A DNA stretch of 38,051 nucleotides from Mollicutes bacterium (GTDB lineage: Bacteria; Bacillota_I; Bacilli_A; RF39; UBA660). The DNA lies in assembly GCA_003559495.1 (NCBI GenBank), contig PWLE01000033.1:1-38051 (forward strand), given 5' to 3'. The notes beneath the pieces are model-generated. The model saw nothing but the letters and a program-made list of their open reading frames with translations. It was not told where the DNA came from and made no database searches. A program made the position numbers and the translations under genes. How positions within the stretch are numbered: the stretch's first letter is position 1; every line of letters begins with the position of its first letter. Positions 17,700 to 26,203 of the stretch are shown here, one piece after another.

Positions 17700-18209
17700 T
17701 CATAAATAAGGGTTGTTTTGTTTTTCATAATCAAGGGTTGTTGTGGGACCATGGCCAGGATAAATATTATAATTTTTAGTTAACACTTTTAATTTGTCTA
17801 AACTTTTTTGCATTTCCTTATCACAGCCACCCGGCAAATCAGTTCGGCCAATTCCTTCATTAAAAACAAAATCACCGGTAAAAATATCATTTTCAAAAAC
17901 AAAAGAAACCGAATCTTCTTTATGTCCTTTATTTAAAACAACTTCAAAAGAAAAACTTTTCGTTTTTTGCTTTCCTAAAGTTTTAAAATTAAAAACTGTC
18001 GTACAATGATGCTTTAATAAATCACTTAACGCCCCCACATGGTCAAAATGATAATGCGTTACTAAAATTCCTTCTAATTCATAACCTTCAATTGCTTTGG
18101 CAATTTTTCGATAATCATCACCTGGATCAACTACTAAACAACTTTCATTTTGATATAAAACATAACAATTAGTTTCTAATAATCCTACTACTAATCTTTC
18201 AACTTTCAT
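17700..18209 (-). CDS. MBL-fold metallo-hydrolase (glyoxalase II-like)
   Basis: THYHFDH, GH, FTGD, IGRTDLPGG and YPGHGP. Confidence 0.92.
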   Translation of the reverse strand: MKVERLVVGLLETNCYVLYQNESCLVVDPGDDYRKIAKAIEGYELEGILVTHYHFDHVGALSDLLKHHCTTVFNFKTLGKQKTKSFSFEVVLNKGHKEDSVSFVFENDIFTGDFVFNEGIGRTDLPGGCDKEMQKSLDKLKVLTKNYNIYPGHGPTTTLDYEKQNNPYL

Positions 18210-18807
18210 CTAATGCCTCCTTTACTGGCTTAAAACTACAACGATGGCATGCAACAACACCATATTTTTTTATTAATTCTAAATGCCTTTTTGTGGCATA
18301 TCCTTTATGATTTTTAAACTCATATTGCGGATATTTTTGATCAATTTTCATCATTAAACCATCACGATAAACCTTGGCGATAATAGAAGCAGCAGCAATA
18401 CTAATACTTTTTTGATCGCCTTTAATTATTACTGTACTATCAATATCAAGATTTAAAGAAACTGCATCTATTAAAACATGCTCAACTGCTATTTTTTTAG
18501 CAACTAATTTTATCGCTTTGGTCATGGCTTTTTTCGTTGCTTGATAAATATTCAATTTATCAATATCACGAACTGAAATGGCGACAATAGCATATGCTAA
18601 AGCCTCTTTTTTTATTATTTTTGCTAATGCTTCTCTTTTTTTCACACTTAATTGCTTAGAATCTTTTATCTCTTTTAAATTATAACCTGGCGGAAGCACA
18701 ACACAAGCTGCCACAACTGGTCCTGCCAATGGACCCCGACCAACTTCATCAACGCCGGCAACAATAGTTTGCTTTTTTAAATTTAATGCTTTTTCAATTT
18801 GATTCAT
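18199..18807 (-). CDS. rnhB: Ribonuclease HII
   Basis: AGVDEVGRGPLAGPV, DSKQL, KGD, SIAAASIIAKV and HKGY. Confidence 0.96.
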   Translation of the reverse strand: MNQIEKALNLKKQTIVAGVDEVGRGPLAGPVVAACVVLPPGYNLKEIKDSKQLSVKKREALAKIIKKEALAYAIVAISVRDIDKLNIYQATKKAMTKAIKLVAKKIAVEHVLIDAVSLNLDIDSTVIIKGDQKSISIAAASIIAKVYRDGLMMKIDQKYPQYEFKNHKGYATKRHLELIKKYGVVACHRCSFKPVKEALDES

Positions 18808-19401
18808 CTATTTCTCCTGCATTGGTACAAAAGCAAAACCATGATAAACTTCTTCCTTAATCGTCTCACCTTTTTTTACAAACTTATAAATAGCGGAATT
18901 AATAGGACAAAGTAATATACCACCATCATTTAACTGATTTAATAAATATTCTGGTTTTTTAGCAAAAGTAGCACTTACTAAAATCCGATCAAACGGTGCT
19001 TTTTCAGGTAAGCCTTTAAAGCCACTTTTCTGATAAATTTTAATATTACTATTTTTTAACACCTTTTTTGATTTACTAACTAATGAAGAATTAATTTCTA
19101 AACCTATAATTTCGGCATCATTTGCAATTTCATTCATTAATGCTAAAACATAACCTGATCCAGAACCAATTTCTAATATTTTTTGCTCATCTTTTAATTC
19201 TAACCACTCTAGCATATAAGCAATTGTTTGGGGCTGGGAGATGGTTGCTCCTTCCCCAATGGGCAGTGGTCCATCAATATAGGCGTATGCTTGATATTCC
19301 GCTGGCACAAATTTTTCCCGTGGCACCTTTTCAAAAGCCTTAATAATTTGCTCAGAGAAACCTTTTCCTTCTAATTTTCTTATTAAATCTTCTTTTTTCA
19401 T
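18808..19401 (-). CDS. pcm: Protein-L-isoaspartate O-methyltransferase
   Basis: VPREKFVP, AYIDGPLPIGEGATISQP, LEIGSGSGY, APFDRILV and FAFVPM. Confidence 0.9.
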   Translation of the reverse strand: MKKEDLIRKLEGKGFSEQIIKAFEKVPREKFVPAEYQAYAYIDGPLPIGEGATISQPQTIAYMLEWLELKDEQKILEIGSGSGYVLALMNEIANDAEIIGLEINSSLVSKSKKVLKNSNIKIYQKSGFKGLPEKAPFDRILVSATFAKKPEYLLNQLNDGGILLCPINSAIYKFVKKGETIKEEVYHGFAFVPMQEK

Positions 19402-21827
19402 TATATCACCACAATATTCACTAATTTATTTTCAATAACAATTATTTTTTTTATTTCCTTATTGGCAACATGCTTTTGCACATTTTCAATTTCTAAAGCT
19501 TTTGCTTCCATTTCCTTTTGCGAAATATCACTTGCTACTTCCATCCGTCCCCGAACCTTACCATTAACTTGAACAACCATTTCAATTTTTTCAATGATAA
19601 TTTTCGCTTCATCATATTCCGGCCAACCATAATTAAAAACGCTATATTCATTTTTTAAAAGCGACCATAATTCTTCTGCTAAATGCGGTGTAAAAACAGC
19701 TATTAATTTAATAAATATTTCGCCAACCATTTTATTTTTTACTTGTTTCTCTTCAATATAATTATATAAACTTCTAATTTTCGCAATCGCCGTATTATAT
19801 TTTAAAGCTTCAATATCAATTGTAACATTTTTTATTGTTTCATGAACTAAATTTATTAATTCTTGATTACAATGATCAGCAAATTCTTTTTCTTCCCAAG
19901 CATCAACACTAGAAAAATATTCATAAACTCGCTCAATAAAACGTTTCGCTCCTTTTATTCCGCTATCAGAATAATCGCCACCTTCTTGATAAGGTCCTAA
20001 AAACATTAAATACATTCGTAATGAATCAGTCCCATATTTTTCTAAATGATCATCAGGATTAACGACATTTCCTTTTGATTTACTCATTTTATGACCATCT
20101 TTAATAATCGTTCCATGAGCGCGAAATTTAACAAAGGGCTCTTCAAAATTAATATACCCTAAATCCTTAAAAACCATTGTTATAAAACGCGTATACATTA
20201 AATGCAATACGGCATGTTCATTACCACCAATATACATATCAACTGGCAACCATTTTTTAATCAATTGTTGATCAAAAATTTGGCTATCATCATGAGCACT
20301 TGGATAACGGAAAAAATACCACGCCGAATCTAAAAAATTATCCATAACATCGGTTTCTCGTTTTGCTTCGCCATGGCATTTAGGACATTTAGTATTCACA
20401 AATTCGATAATATTTGCTAAAGGTGACGTTCCTTCTCCTTTTGGGCGAAAATCTTCAACCTCCGGCAATAATACTGGCAAATCTTCTTCTGGAACTGGTA
20501 CCGTCCCACATTGCGAACAATAAACAATTGGAATCGGTGGTCCCCAATAGCGTTGTCTTGAAATACACCAATCATGAAGACGATAATTAATTTCCTCTTT
20601 AGCTTTATTCTCGCCAATTAACCACGCATTAATTTTATAAATTGCTTCACGATTAGACAGTTCATTAAAAGCTTCAGAATTAATTAAAACGCCATCATCA
20701 ACATAGGCTGTTTTTTTATCAAAAACTTCTTTTCCTTTGATAACTTCAACAACTGGCAATTGATATTTATTAGCAAAATCTAAATCGCGCTGATCATGAG
20801 CGGGCACAGCCATAATAGCACCAGTACCATATGTCATTAAAACATAATCAGAAATCCAAATCGGAATTTTTTCATTATTAGCGGGATTAATAGCATAAGA
20901 ACCAGTAAAGACGCCCGTTTTTTCTTTTTCAATACTTTCGCGGTCAATATTAGTTTTTCTTTGTGCTGCTTGCACATATTCATTAACTTCTTTTTCAAAT
21001 TCACTAGTAACTAATTTTCCTAACAAAGGATGTTCCGGCGCTAATACTAAATAAGTAGCACCAAAAATAGTATCAGGACGCGTCGTAAACACTTCTATTT
21101 GTTCTTTTAAATCAGCAATCGGGAAACTAATTCGCAATCCTTCAGATCGCCCAATCCAACGTCGTTGCGCAATTTTAGTTGATTCCGACCAATCAATCCA
21201 ATTTAAATTATCCAAAAGTTGCTGCGCATAATTTGTTATTTTAAAAAACCATTGTTCGGTTTCTTTTTTTGTTATTGCCGTTTTACAACGCTCACAAAAA
21301 CCATTAACAACTTGCTCATTGGCTAATACCGTTAAACAAGATGGACACCAATTAACAGCTGATTTTTTCTTATATGCCAAATTGTTTTTATATAATTGCA
21401 AGAAAATCCATTGCGTCCACCTATAATACTTGGGATCTGTGGTATCAACTTGATGTTTCCAATCAAACATAACCCCTAATTTTTTTAATTGTCGCTCGCG
21501 AAAATTTTCAATATTGCGAGGAATTAATTCCAAGGGATGAATTCCTACTTTAATAGCATAATTTTCACTATGAATCCCAAAAGCATCAAAACCCATGGGT
21601 TCAAAAACATCATGCCCTTGTAGTCTTTTAAAACGCCCATAAATATCCGAGCCAATATAAGCAAAAACATTTCCCATATGTAATCCTTCGGCCGAAGGAT
21701 AGGGAAACATCATTAAATTATAAAAAGGATTTTTTGCCGTTTGCAAATCCGTTTCATGTAATTTTGTTTTTTCCCATTGTTGTTGCCACTTATTTTCATT
21801 TGCTCTTAAATCAAACATTTTTTTCAC
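19401..21827 (-). CDS. leuS: Leucine--tRNA ligase
   Basis: MFPYPSAEGLHMGN, editing domain FTTRPDT/YGTGAIMAVP, DWCISRQRYWG, KMSKSKGN and VVQVNGKVR. Confidence 0.97.
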   Translation of the reverse strand: MKKMFDLRANENKWQQQWEKTKLHETDLQTAKNPFYNLMMFPYPSAEGLHMGNVFAYIGSDIYGRFKRLQGHDVFEPMGFDAFGIHSENYAIKVGIHPLELIPRNIENFRERQLKKLGVMFDWKHQVDTTDPKYYRWTQWIFLQLYKNNLAYKKKSAVNWCPSCLTVLANEQVVNGFCERCKTAITKKETEQWFFKITNYAQQLLDNLNWIDWSESTKIAQRRWIGRSEGLRISFPIADLKEQIEVFTTRPDTIFGATYLVLAPEHPLLGKLVTSEFEKEVNEYVQAAQRKTNIDRESIEKEKTGVFTGSYAINPANNEKIPIWISDYVLMTYGTGAIMAVPAHDQRDLDFANKYQLPVVEVIKGKEVFDKKTAYVDDGVLINSEAFNELSNREAIYKINAWLIGENKAKEEINYRLHDWCISRQRYWGPPIPIVYCSQCGTVPVPEEDLPVLLPEVEDFRPKGEGTSPLANIIEFVNTKCPKCHGEAKRETDVMDNFLDSAWYFFRYPSAHDDSQIFDQQLIKKWLPVDMYIGGNEHAVLHLMYTRFITMVFKDLGYINFEEPFVKFRAHGTIIKDGHKMSKSKGNVVNPDDHLEKYGTDSLRMYLMFLGPYQEGGDYSDSGIKGAKRFIERVYEYFSSVDAWEEKEFADHCNQELINLVHETIKNVTIDIEALKYNTAIAKIRSLYNYIEEKQVKNKMVGEIFIKLIAVFTPHLAEELWSLLKNEYSVFNYGWPEYDEAKIIIEKIEMVVQVNGKVRGRMEVASDISQKEMEAKALEIENVQKHVANKEIKKIIVIENKLVNIVVI

Positions 21828-22155
21828 CTCTTTTTAACCACCAGCCCAAAATATGAAATCCTAAAAGTTGTAATGCCACTACTACTAAAAAAGCAATCGC
21901 TATTTTTACCAAATAACTATCAAACATATCAATCACAATTAAAGCAATCGTAATTATCAAAGCATTATTAATGGCAATTAAATGCATCGTTTTCTCAACA
22001 TTAATCTTATCAAAAGATATTTGATAACGACTTCTTAAATATTTCATTTCCATGCTATCTTTAAACTTAACTAATTTATCTTTGCGCTTTAAAACAAAAT
22101 AATAATAAATCAAATAAACTAATAAAAAAATTGTTAAATAAAAAACCACCATCAT
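21811..22155 (-). CDS. Hypothetical small membrane protein (3 predicted TMs)
   Basis: Three hydrophobic segments, RBS AAGGAG, overlaps the leuS start. Confidence 0.7.
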   Translation of the reverse strand: MMVVFYLTIFLLVYLIYYYFVLKRKDKLVKFKDSMEMKYLRSRYQISFDKINVEKTMHLIAINNALIITIALIVIDMFDSYLVKIAIAFLVVVALQLLGFHILGWWLKRGEKNV

Positions 22156-22196
22156 AAGAAACTCCTTTATAAAAACACGAATGTTTTATTATTATA

Positions 22197-24620
22197 TTAT
22201 ACCTGGTCGATATATTCAAGCAACTTCAAAAATAATTTAATAAATTTGGGCTCGAGCTTTTGGCGTCGTAATTTGCGAACCGCAATTCTTTTTTTCGGAA
22301 TTGGCAAATCACTAAATAAAATATCGTAAACAGCTTGTTTTAGATGGGTCTCAATAAAAATATCATTTATAATGCCATAAATATCATCATTAATAATATG
22401 TAGGGCATCTATTTCTATATCTTCCCCTTTACAATTAATCGTTAATTGTGTTGTTGTACTAATATTATTTACAACTACAATAAAATCATTATTTTCTACA
22501 TATGTACTACACTCAACCTTATTATCCTTAACATAAGCTGTCACATCATCAGTTTTGCGCGTATTACGAAAACGAATTGTATAATTTCGTTGCGGGGGAA
22601 CAATACCACTTTTTCCTTCCAACGGACGAAGAATAAGCGTATAATTACTTGGCATATAATTATATTCAATCATTGTTTTTAAATAAAACCCTTTGCGATG
22701 CAAATCGGTCATGCCATCATCTTCATATAATTCATAGTTATTACTCTTACCCGGGAAGACGTGAATTTCCATATTTTTAGGTGGCGTTGTATCAAAAATA
22801 TTATCATTTTCGCCAAAAGGTATAATTGAACCAGCTTGCGCAAAAACAGGATATTGCTCTTCTTTAAAAAATGAAACATAACTATCAGGTCCCGGAAACC
22901 TTTTGCCACTATAAAAATCATACCAAACACCTTCTGGCATATAAAAATGGTGAATGGTTCGTTTCATTATTTCTTCTTTTTTATTAATAATAGGACATAC
23001 AAACAATTCTGAACCAAAATAATATTCATTTCGATATATGCTGTCCTCATGCATTTCTGGATATTGATAATATATTGGCTTTAACAACGGTCTTCCTTGC
23101 GTATGATACTTATAAGCTTCGGAATACAAATAAGGAATCAAACGATGCCGCAATCGTAAATATTCTTTCGTAATATTATAAACATTAATCCCCCAACGCC
23201 AAGGTTCTCTTTTATAAAAACGACCATCATCACTACCAAATTTTAAAATGGGACTAAAAACACCTAATTGAACAAAACGAATATATAATTCATCTTCTTC
23301 AATTCCTTGATGAAATCCTCCAATATCATGCGCCCACCATGAAACACCTTTATTAGTAGCACTAACGTTAAAAAACGGAATTGCTTTTAGTGTTTTCCAA
23401 TCAACTTTTGTCTTGCCAGAATACAAAACAGGATAACGGTGGGGGGCAACATCGGTATTCTCGGCTAAAATCATTGGTCTTCTTTTATAATTTCTTTTCA
23501 TATCATAAAAATGATAATGATTTAAATAAAACTTTTCCGCGTGCATTTGTTTTTTATCGGTTTGTTGTTCCATATTTAGCCAATAAAAATCAACTTCCAT
23601 TGCATCTAAATAATGAATTAAAACTTTCAAATAAACATCTAATACTTTTGGTTCAATGACACTAAAAGGAACGATGCCATTTTTATCTACTTGCAAATAT
23701 TTAGTAATCGATTCAAAATTTTTCTCGGTTGGATAAAAACCCTCGATAGGATTAACACTCAAACCAACTCGAATTCCTTTTGAATGAAGAAAACGAATCA
23801 TATTCATTGGCGCTTTAAAACAATCCTCATTAAAAGTAAAACCCGTTTCTAACTTCTTTTTTTTATAATAATTTCTAATATACCAATCATGATTTAGCAA
23901 CACTACCGATAAAGGGATATCTTGAAAATCAAATTGATCAATTAATTCCCGTAAAGAATGATCATCATATTTAGTATTTTTACTCCACCAATTTCCTAAA
24001 GCATAGCGTGGAATTAATGCTGGTGCTCCCGTAAGAGCAAAGTAATCTTGCAAACATTTTTGGAAATCTTTATCATATACAAAAACATAAACATCAATTG
24101 TTTCTACCTCCCGGTCAACAAAAGCTCCTCCCTCATCAATTATTTCACTATTACTATCATCAATACTAGCAAAACCATCATGCGAAAAAAGCCCTTTGGT
24201 AAATTTATATTTATCACGGTGATCTAAAAGAACATTATCCGGCGTACCATAATTACGCACCTCCGGATGCTGATAATACCATGTTTTTTCATTGCGCGGC
24301 AACATAATTCCTAAATTAGCACTGGGCGCTACCTTACCACCAAAAAAAGGCTTTTCTTTTTTATAATCTAATTTAAAATATTTAGTCGTAATTTCCAAAT
24401 AATTACTATCTTCGCGAAGTTTAAATTCAGGCTTATCAAAATAACGACGATAAACTAATTTCGTCGGACGATCTTCAAATTTGCCATCCGCATTATATTC
24501 AAGTCGAACTAACGCTTCAGACAAAACTGTAATACGATATGTTTTTCCTTGAACAACGCATTCTGGATTTGGTTTTGCTTGTTCATAATCAAAAACAAAT
24601 TGTTCACCTAGTTTATACAC
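22197..24620 (-). CDS. Glycoside hydrolase family 31-like protein with substituted catalytic residues
   Basis: PRYALGNWWS, IPLSV, WWAHDIGG, ELYIRFVQLGVFSP, LRHRLIPYLY and YELYEDDG. Catalytic motifs read WLNME and YSGKT. Confidence 0.85.
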   Translation of the reverse strand: MYKLGEQFVFDYEQAKPNPECVVQGKTYRITVLSEALVRLEYNADGKFEDRPTKLVYRRYFDKPEFKLREDSNYLEITTKYFKLDYKKEKPFFGGKVAPSANLGIMLPRNEKTWYYQHPEVRNYGTPDNVLLDHRDKYKFTKGLFSHDGFASIDDSNSEIIDEGGAFVDREVETIDVYVFVYDKDFQKCLQDYFALTGAPALIPRYALGNWWSKNTKYDDHSLRELIDQFDFQDIPLSVVLLNHDWYIRNYYKKKKLETGFTFNEDCFKAPMNMIRFLHSKGIRVGLSVNPIEGFYPTEKNFESITKYLQVDKNGIVPFSVIEPKVLDVYLKVLIHYLDAMEVDFYWLNMEQQTDKKQMHAEKFYLNHYHFYDMKRNYKRRPMILAENTDVAPHRYPVLYSGKTKVDWKTLKAIPFFNVSATNKGVSWWAHDIGGFHQGIEEDELYIRFVQLGVFSPILKFGSDDGRFYKREPWRWGINVYNITKEYLRLRHRLIPYLYSEAYKYHTQGRPLLKPIYYQYPEMHEDSIYRNEYYFGSELFVCPIINKKEEIMKRTIHHFYMPEGVWYDFYSGKRFPGPDSYVSFFKEEQYPVFAQAGSIIPFGENDNIFDTTPPKNMEIHVFPGKSNNYELYEDDGMTDLHRKGFYLKTMIEYNYMPSNYTLILRPLEGKSGIVPPQRNYTIRFRNTRKTDDVTAYVKDNKVECSTYVENNDFIVVVNNISTTTQLTINCKGEDIEIDALHIINDDIYGIINDIFIETHLKQAVYDILFSDLPIPKKRIAVRKLRRQKLEPKFIKLFLKLLEYIDQV

Positions 24621-24637
24621 GCTATGCCACTCCCTTT

Positions 24638-26053
24638 TTAAATTTCTTCAATTTTCATAAAATTAGTTGGACTATTTTCTTTAAATGGATATCCACCGGT
24701 AATTAATATGCGCTCCCCTTTAACTAGCTCCATTCTTTGATTAGCAACTTCAATCGCCATTTTTGTTATCTTATCAAAATTATTTAATTCTTTTACCAAA
24801 ACTGGAATCACACCAAAATGCAAAGATAAACTCTTAACCACATTGGCGTTTGGACTTAATGCAAAAATAGGACTTGCTGGACGATAGCGACTTAACTTAC
24901 GCGCCGTATTGCCACTTATCGTTGTTACCATCACCGCTCTCGCTGATAAACGATTAATACAATTAGCAACACTAAAAGCAATTAAACCAACGGCATCGGG
25001 AATTTCATTTGCCATCGCTTTTTCCAACATATCAACATGATTAATGTTTTTCTCAGCCGTTTTTATTATTTTAGTCATTGTTTCCACAACTAATCCCGGA
25101 TGTTGTCCAACAGCTGTTTCGGCACTCAACATAACGCTATCAACACCATCAATTACGGCATTAGCAACATCAGAAACTTCTGCTCTGGTAGGCCGCACCT
25201 TTACTTCCATCGAAGATAACAGTTCAGTAGCAACAATACTTATTTTTCCTTTATCCATACATTTATCAATTATTCTCTTTTGAATCCCAGGTATTTTTTC
25301 CATGTCAATTTCAACACCTAAATCACCGCGGGCGATCATAATCCCATCACACTCATTAATGATTGCCTCAACATTTTCAACCCCTTTTTCAGTTTCAATT
25401 TTAGCGATAATACTTGTTCTGTCATCACCTAAAGTAATTAATAAATCATTTACTTCTAATATATCATCTGGAGAAGAAACAAAAGAAACAGCAATAAAAT
25501 CAGCACCAATTTTATGAGCAAACGCAATATCTTCTTTATCTTTTTTGTTTAAAAAAGGGCGTAGACGTGGCGTGCCACATATACTTACTCCTTTTCGCGA
25601 TGCTACATAACCTTCGTTTTTCACTTCACAAATTAAATAGCCCTCACCTTTTTCAATTACTTCTAATTCTACCCGACCGTCATCAATATAAATACGAGCA
25701 CCCGATAAAATTTCATCAATCACTTTCGGATCATTTAAAGAAAATTTAGTGCGATCACCTAATACTGATGTTTTATAAATACGAATTTTATCGCCTTTAA
25801 TTAACTTTGCCGATCCTTTAGTTATATCACCAATTCTAATATCAGGTCCTTGCGTATCTAATAAAACAGCCACGTTTCTTTCTAATTCCTTCGATAATGT
25901 TTTAATTTTTTCCATAACATCGCGACAAAAATCATGTGTCGCATGCGTTAAATTAAGTCGAGCAACATCCATCCCTCCTAAAATTAAATCACGTAATACT
26001 TCCTCATCATTACTAGCAGGACCGATTGTTGCAATAATTTTTGTCTTCTTCAT
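24638..26053 (-). CDS. pyk: Pyruvate kinase
   Basis: KTKIIATIGPAS, LLDTQGP, IIAKIET, MIARGDLGVE, PTRAEVSDVANAVIDG and VMLSAETAVG. Confidence 0.96.
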   Translation of the reverse strand: MKKTKIIATIGPASNDEEVLRDLILGGMDVARLNLTHATHDFCRDVMEKIKTLSKELERNVAVLLDTQGPDIRIGDITKGSAKLIKGDKIRIYKTSVLGDRTKFSLNDPKVIDEILSGARIYIDDGRVELEVIEKGEGYLICEVKNEGYVASRKGVSICGTPRLRPFLNKKDKEDIAFAHKIGADFIAVSFVSSPDDILEVNDLLITLGDDRTSIIAKIETEKGVENVEAIINECDGIMIARGDLGVEIDMEKIPGIQKRIIDKCMDKGKISIVATELLSSMEVKVRPTRAEVSDVANAVIDGVDSVMLSAETAVGQHPGLVVETMTKIIKTAEKNINHVDMLEKAMANEIPDAVGLIAFSVANCINRLSARAVMVTTISGNTARKLSRYRPASPIFALSPNANVVKSLSLHFGVIPVLVKELNNFDKITKMAIEVANQRMELVKGERILITGGYPFKENSPTNFMKIEEI

Positions 26054-26090
26054 ATTATACTTGCCTCCTTTTTTACCTTCCTACATCTAA

Positions 26091-26099
26091 ATTATAACA
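26091..26099 (-). promoter_or_regulatory. Extended -10 promoter of the pyk-GH31-leuS-pcm-rnhB run
   Basis: TGTTATAAT just downstream of the ileS terminator. Confidence 0.55.
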
Positions 26100-26111
26100 A
26101 TTTTTTTAAAT

Positions 26112-26150
26112 AAAAAAAAGGTTTTTTGCACATTTATACAAACAACCTTT
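26112..26150 (-). terminator. Terminator after ileS
   Basis: AAAGGTTgTTTGTAT...GTGCAAAaAACCTTT hairpin followed by a U tract. Confidence 0.6.
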
Positions 26151-26203
26151 AATTATTGACATTTTCCAGATTAAAAATGTTTCTTTTCCAAACTATGAAA
26201 ATA

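Noticed and set aside
25205-25240. Pyruvate kinase ATELLSSM instead of ATQMLESM
   Set aside because: The other catalytic motifs are intact. Treated as ordinary divergence.
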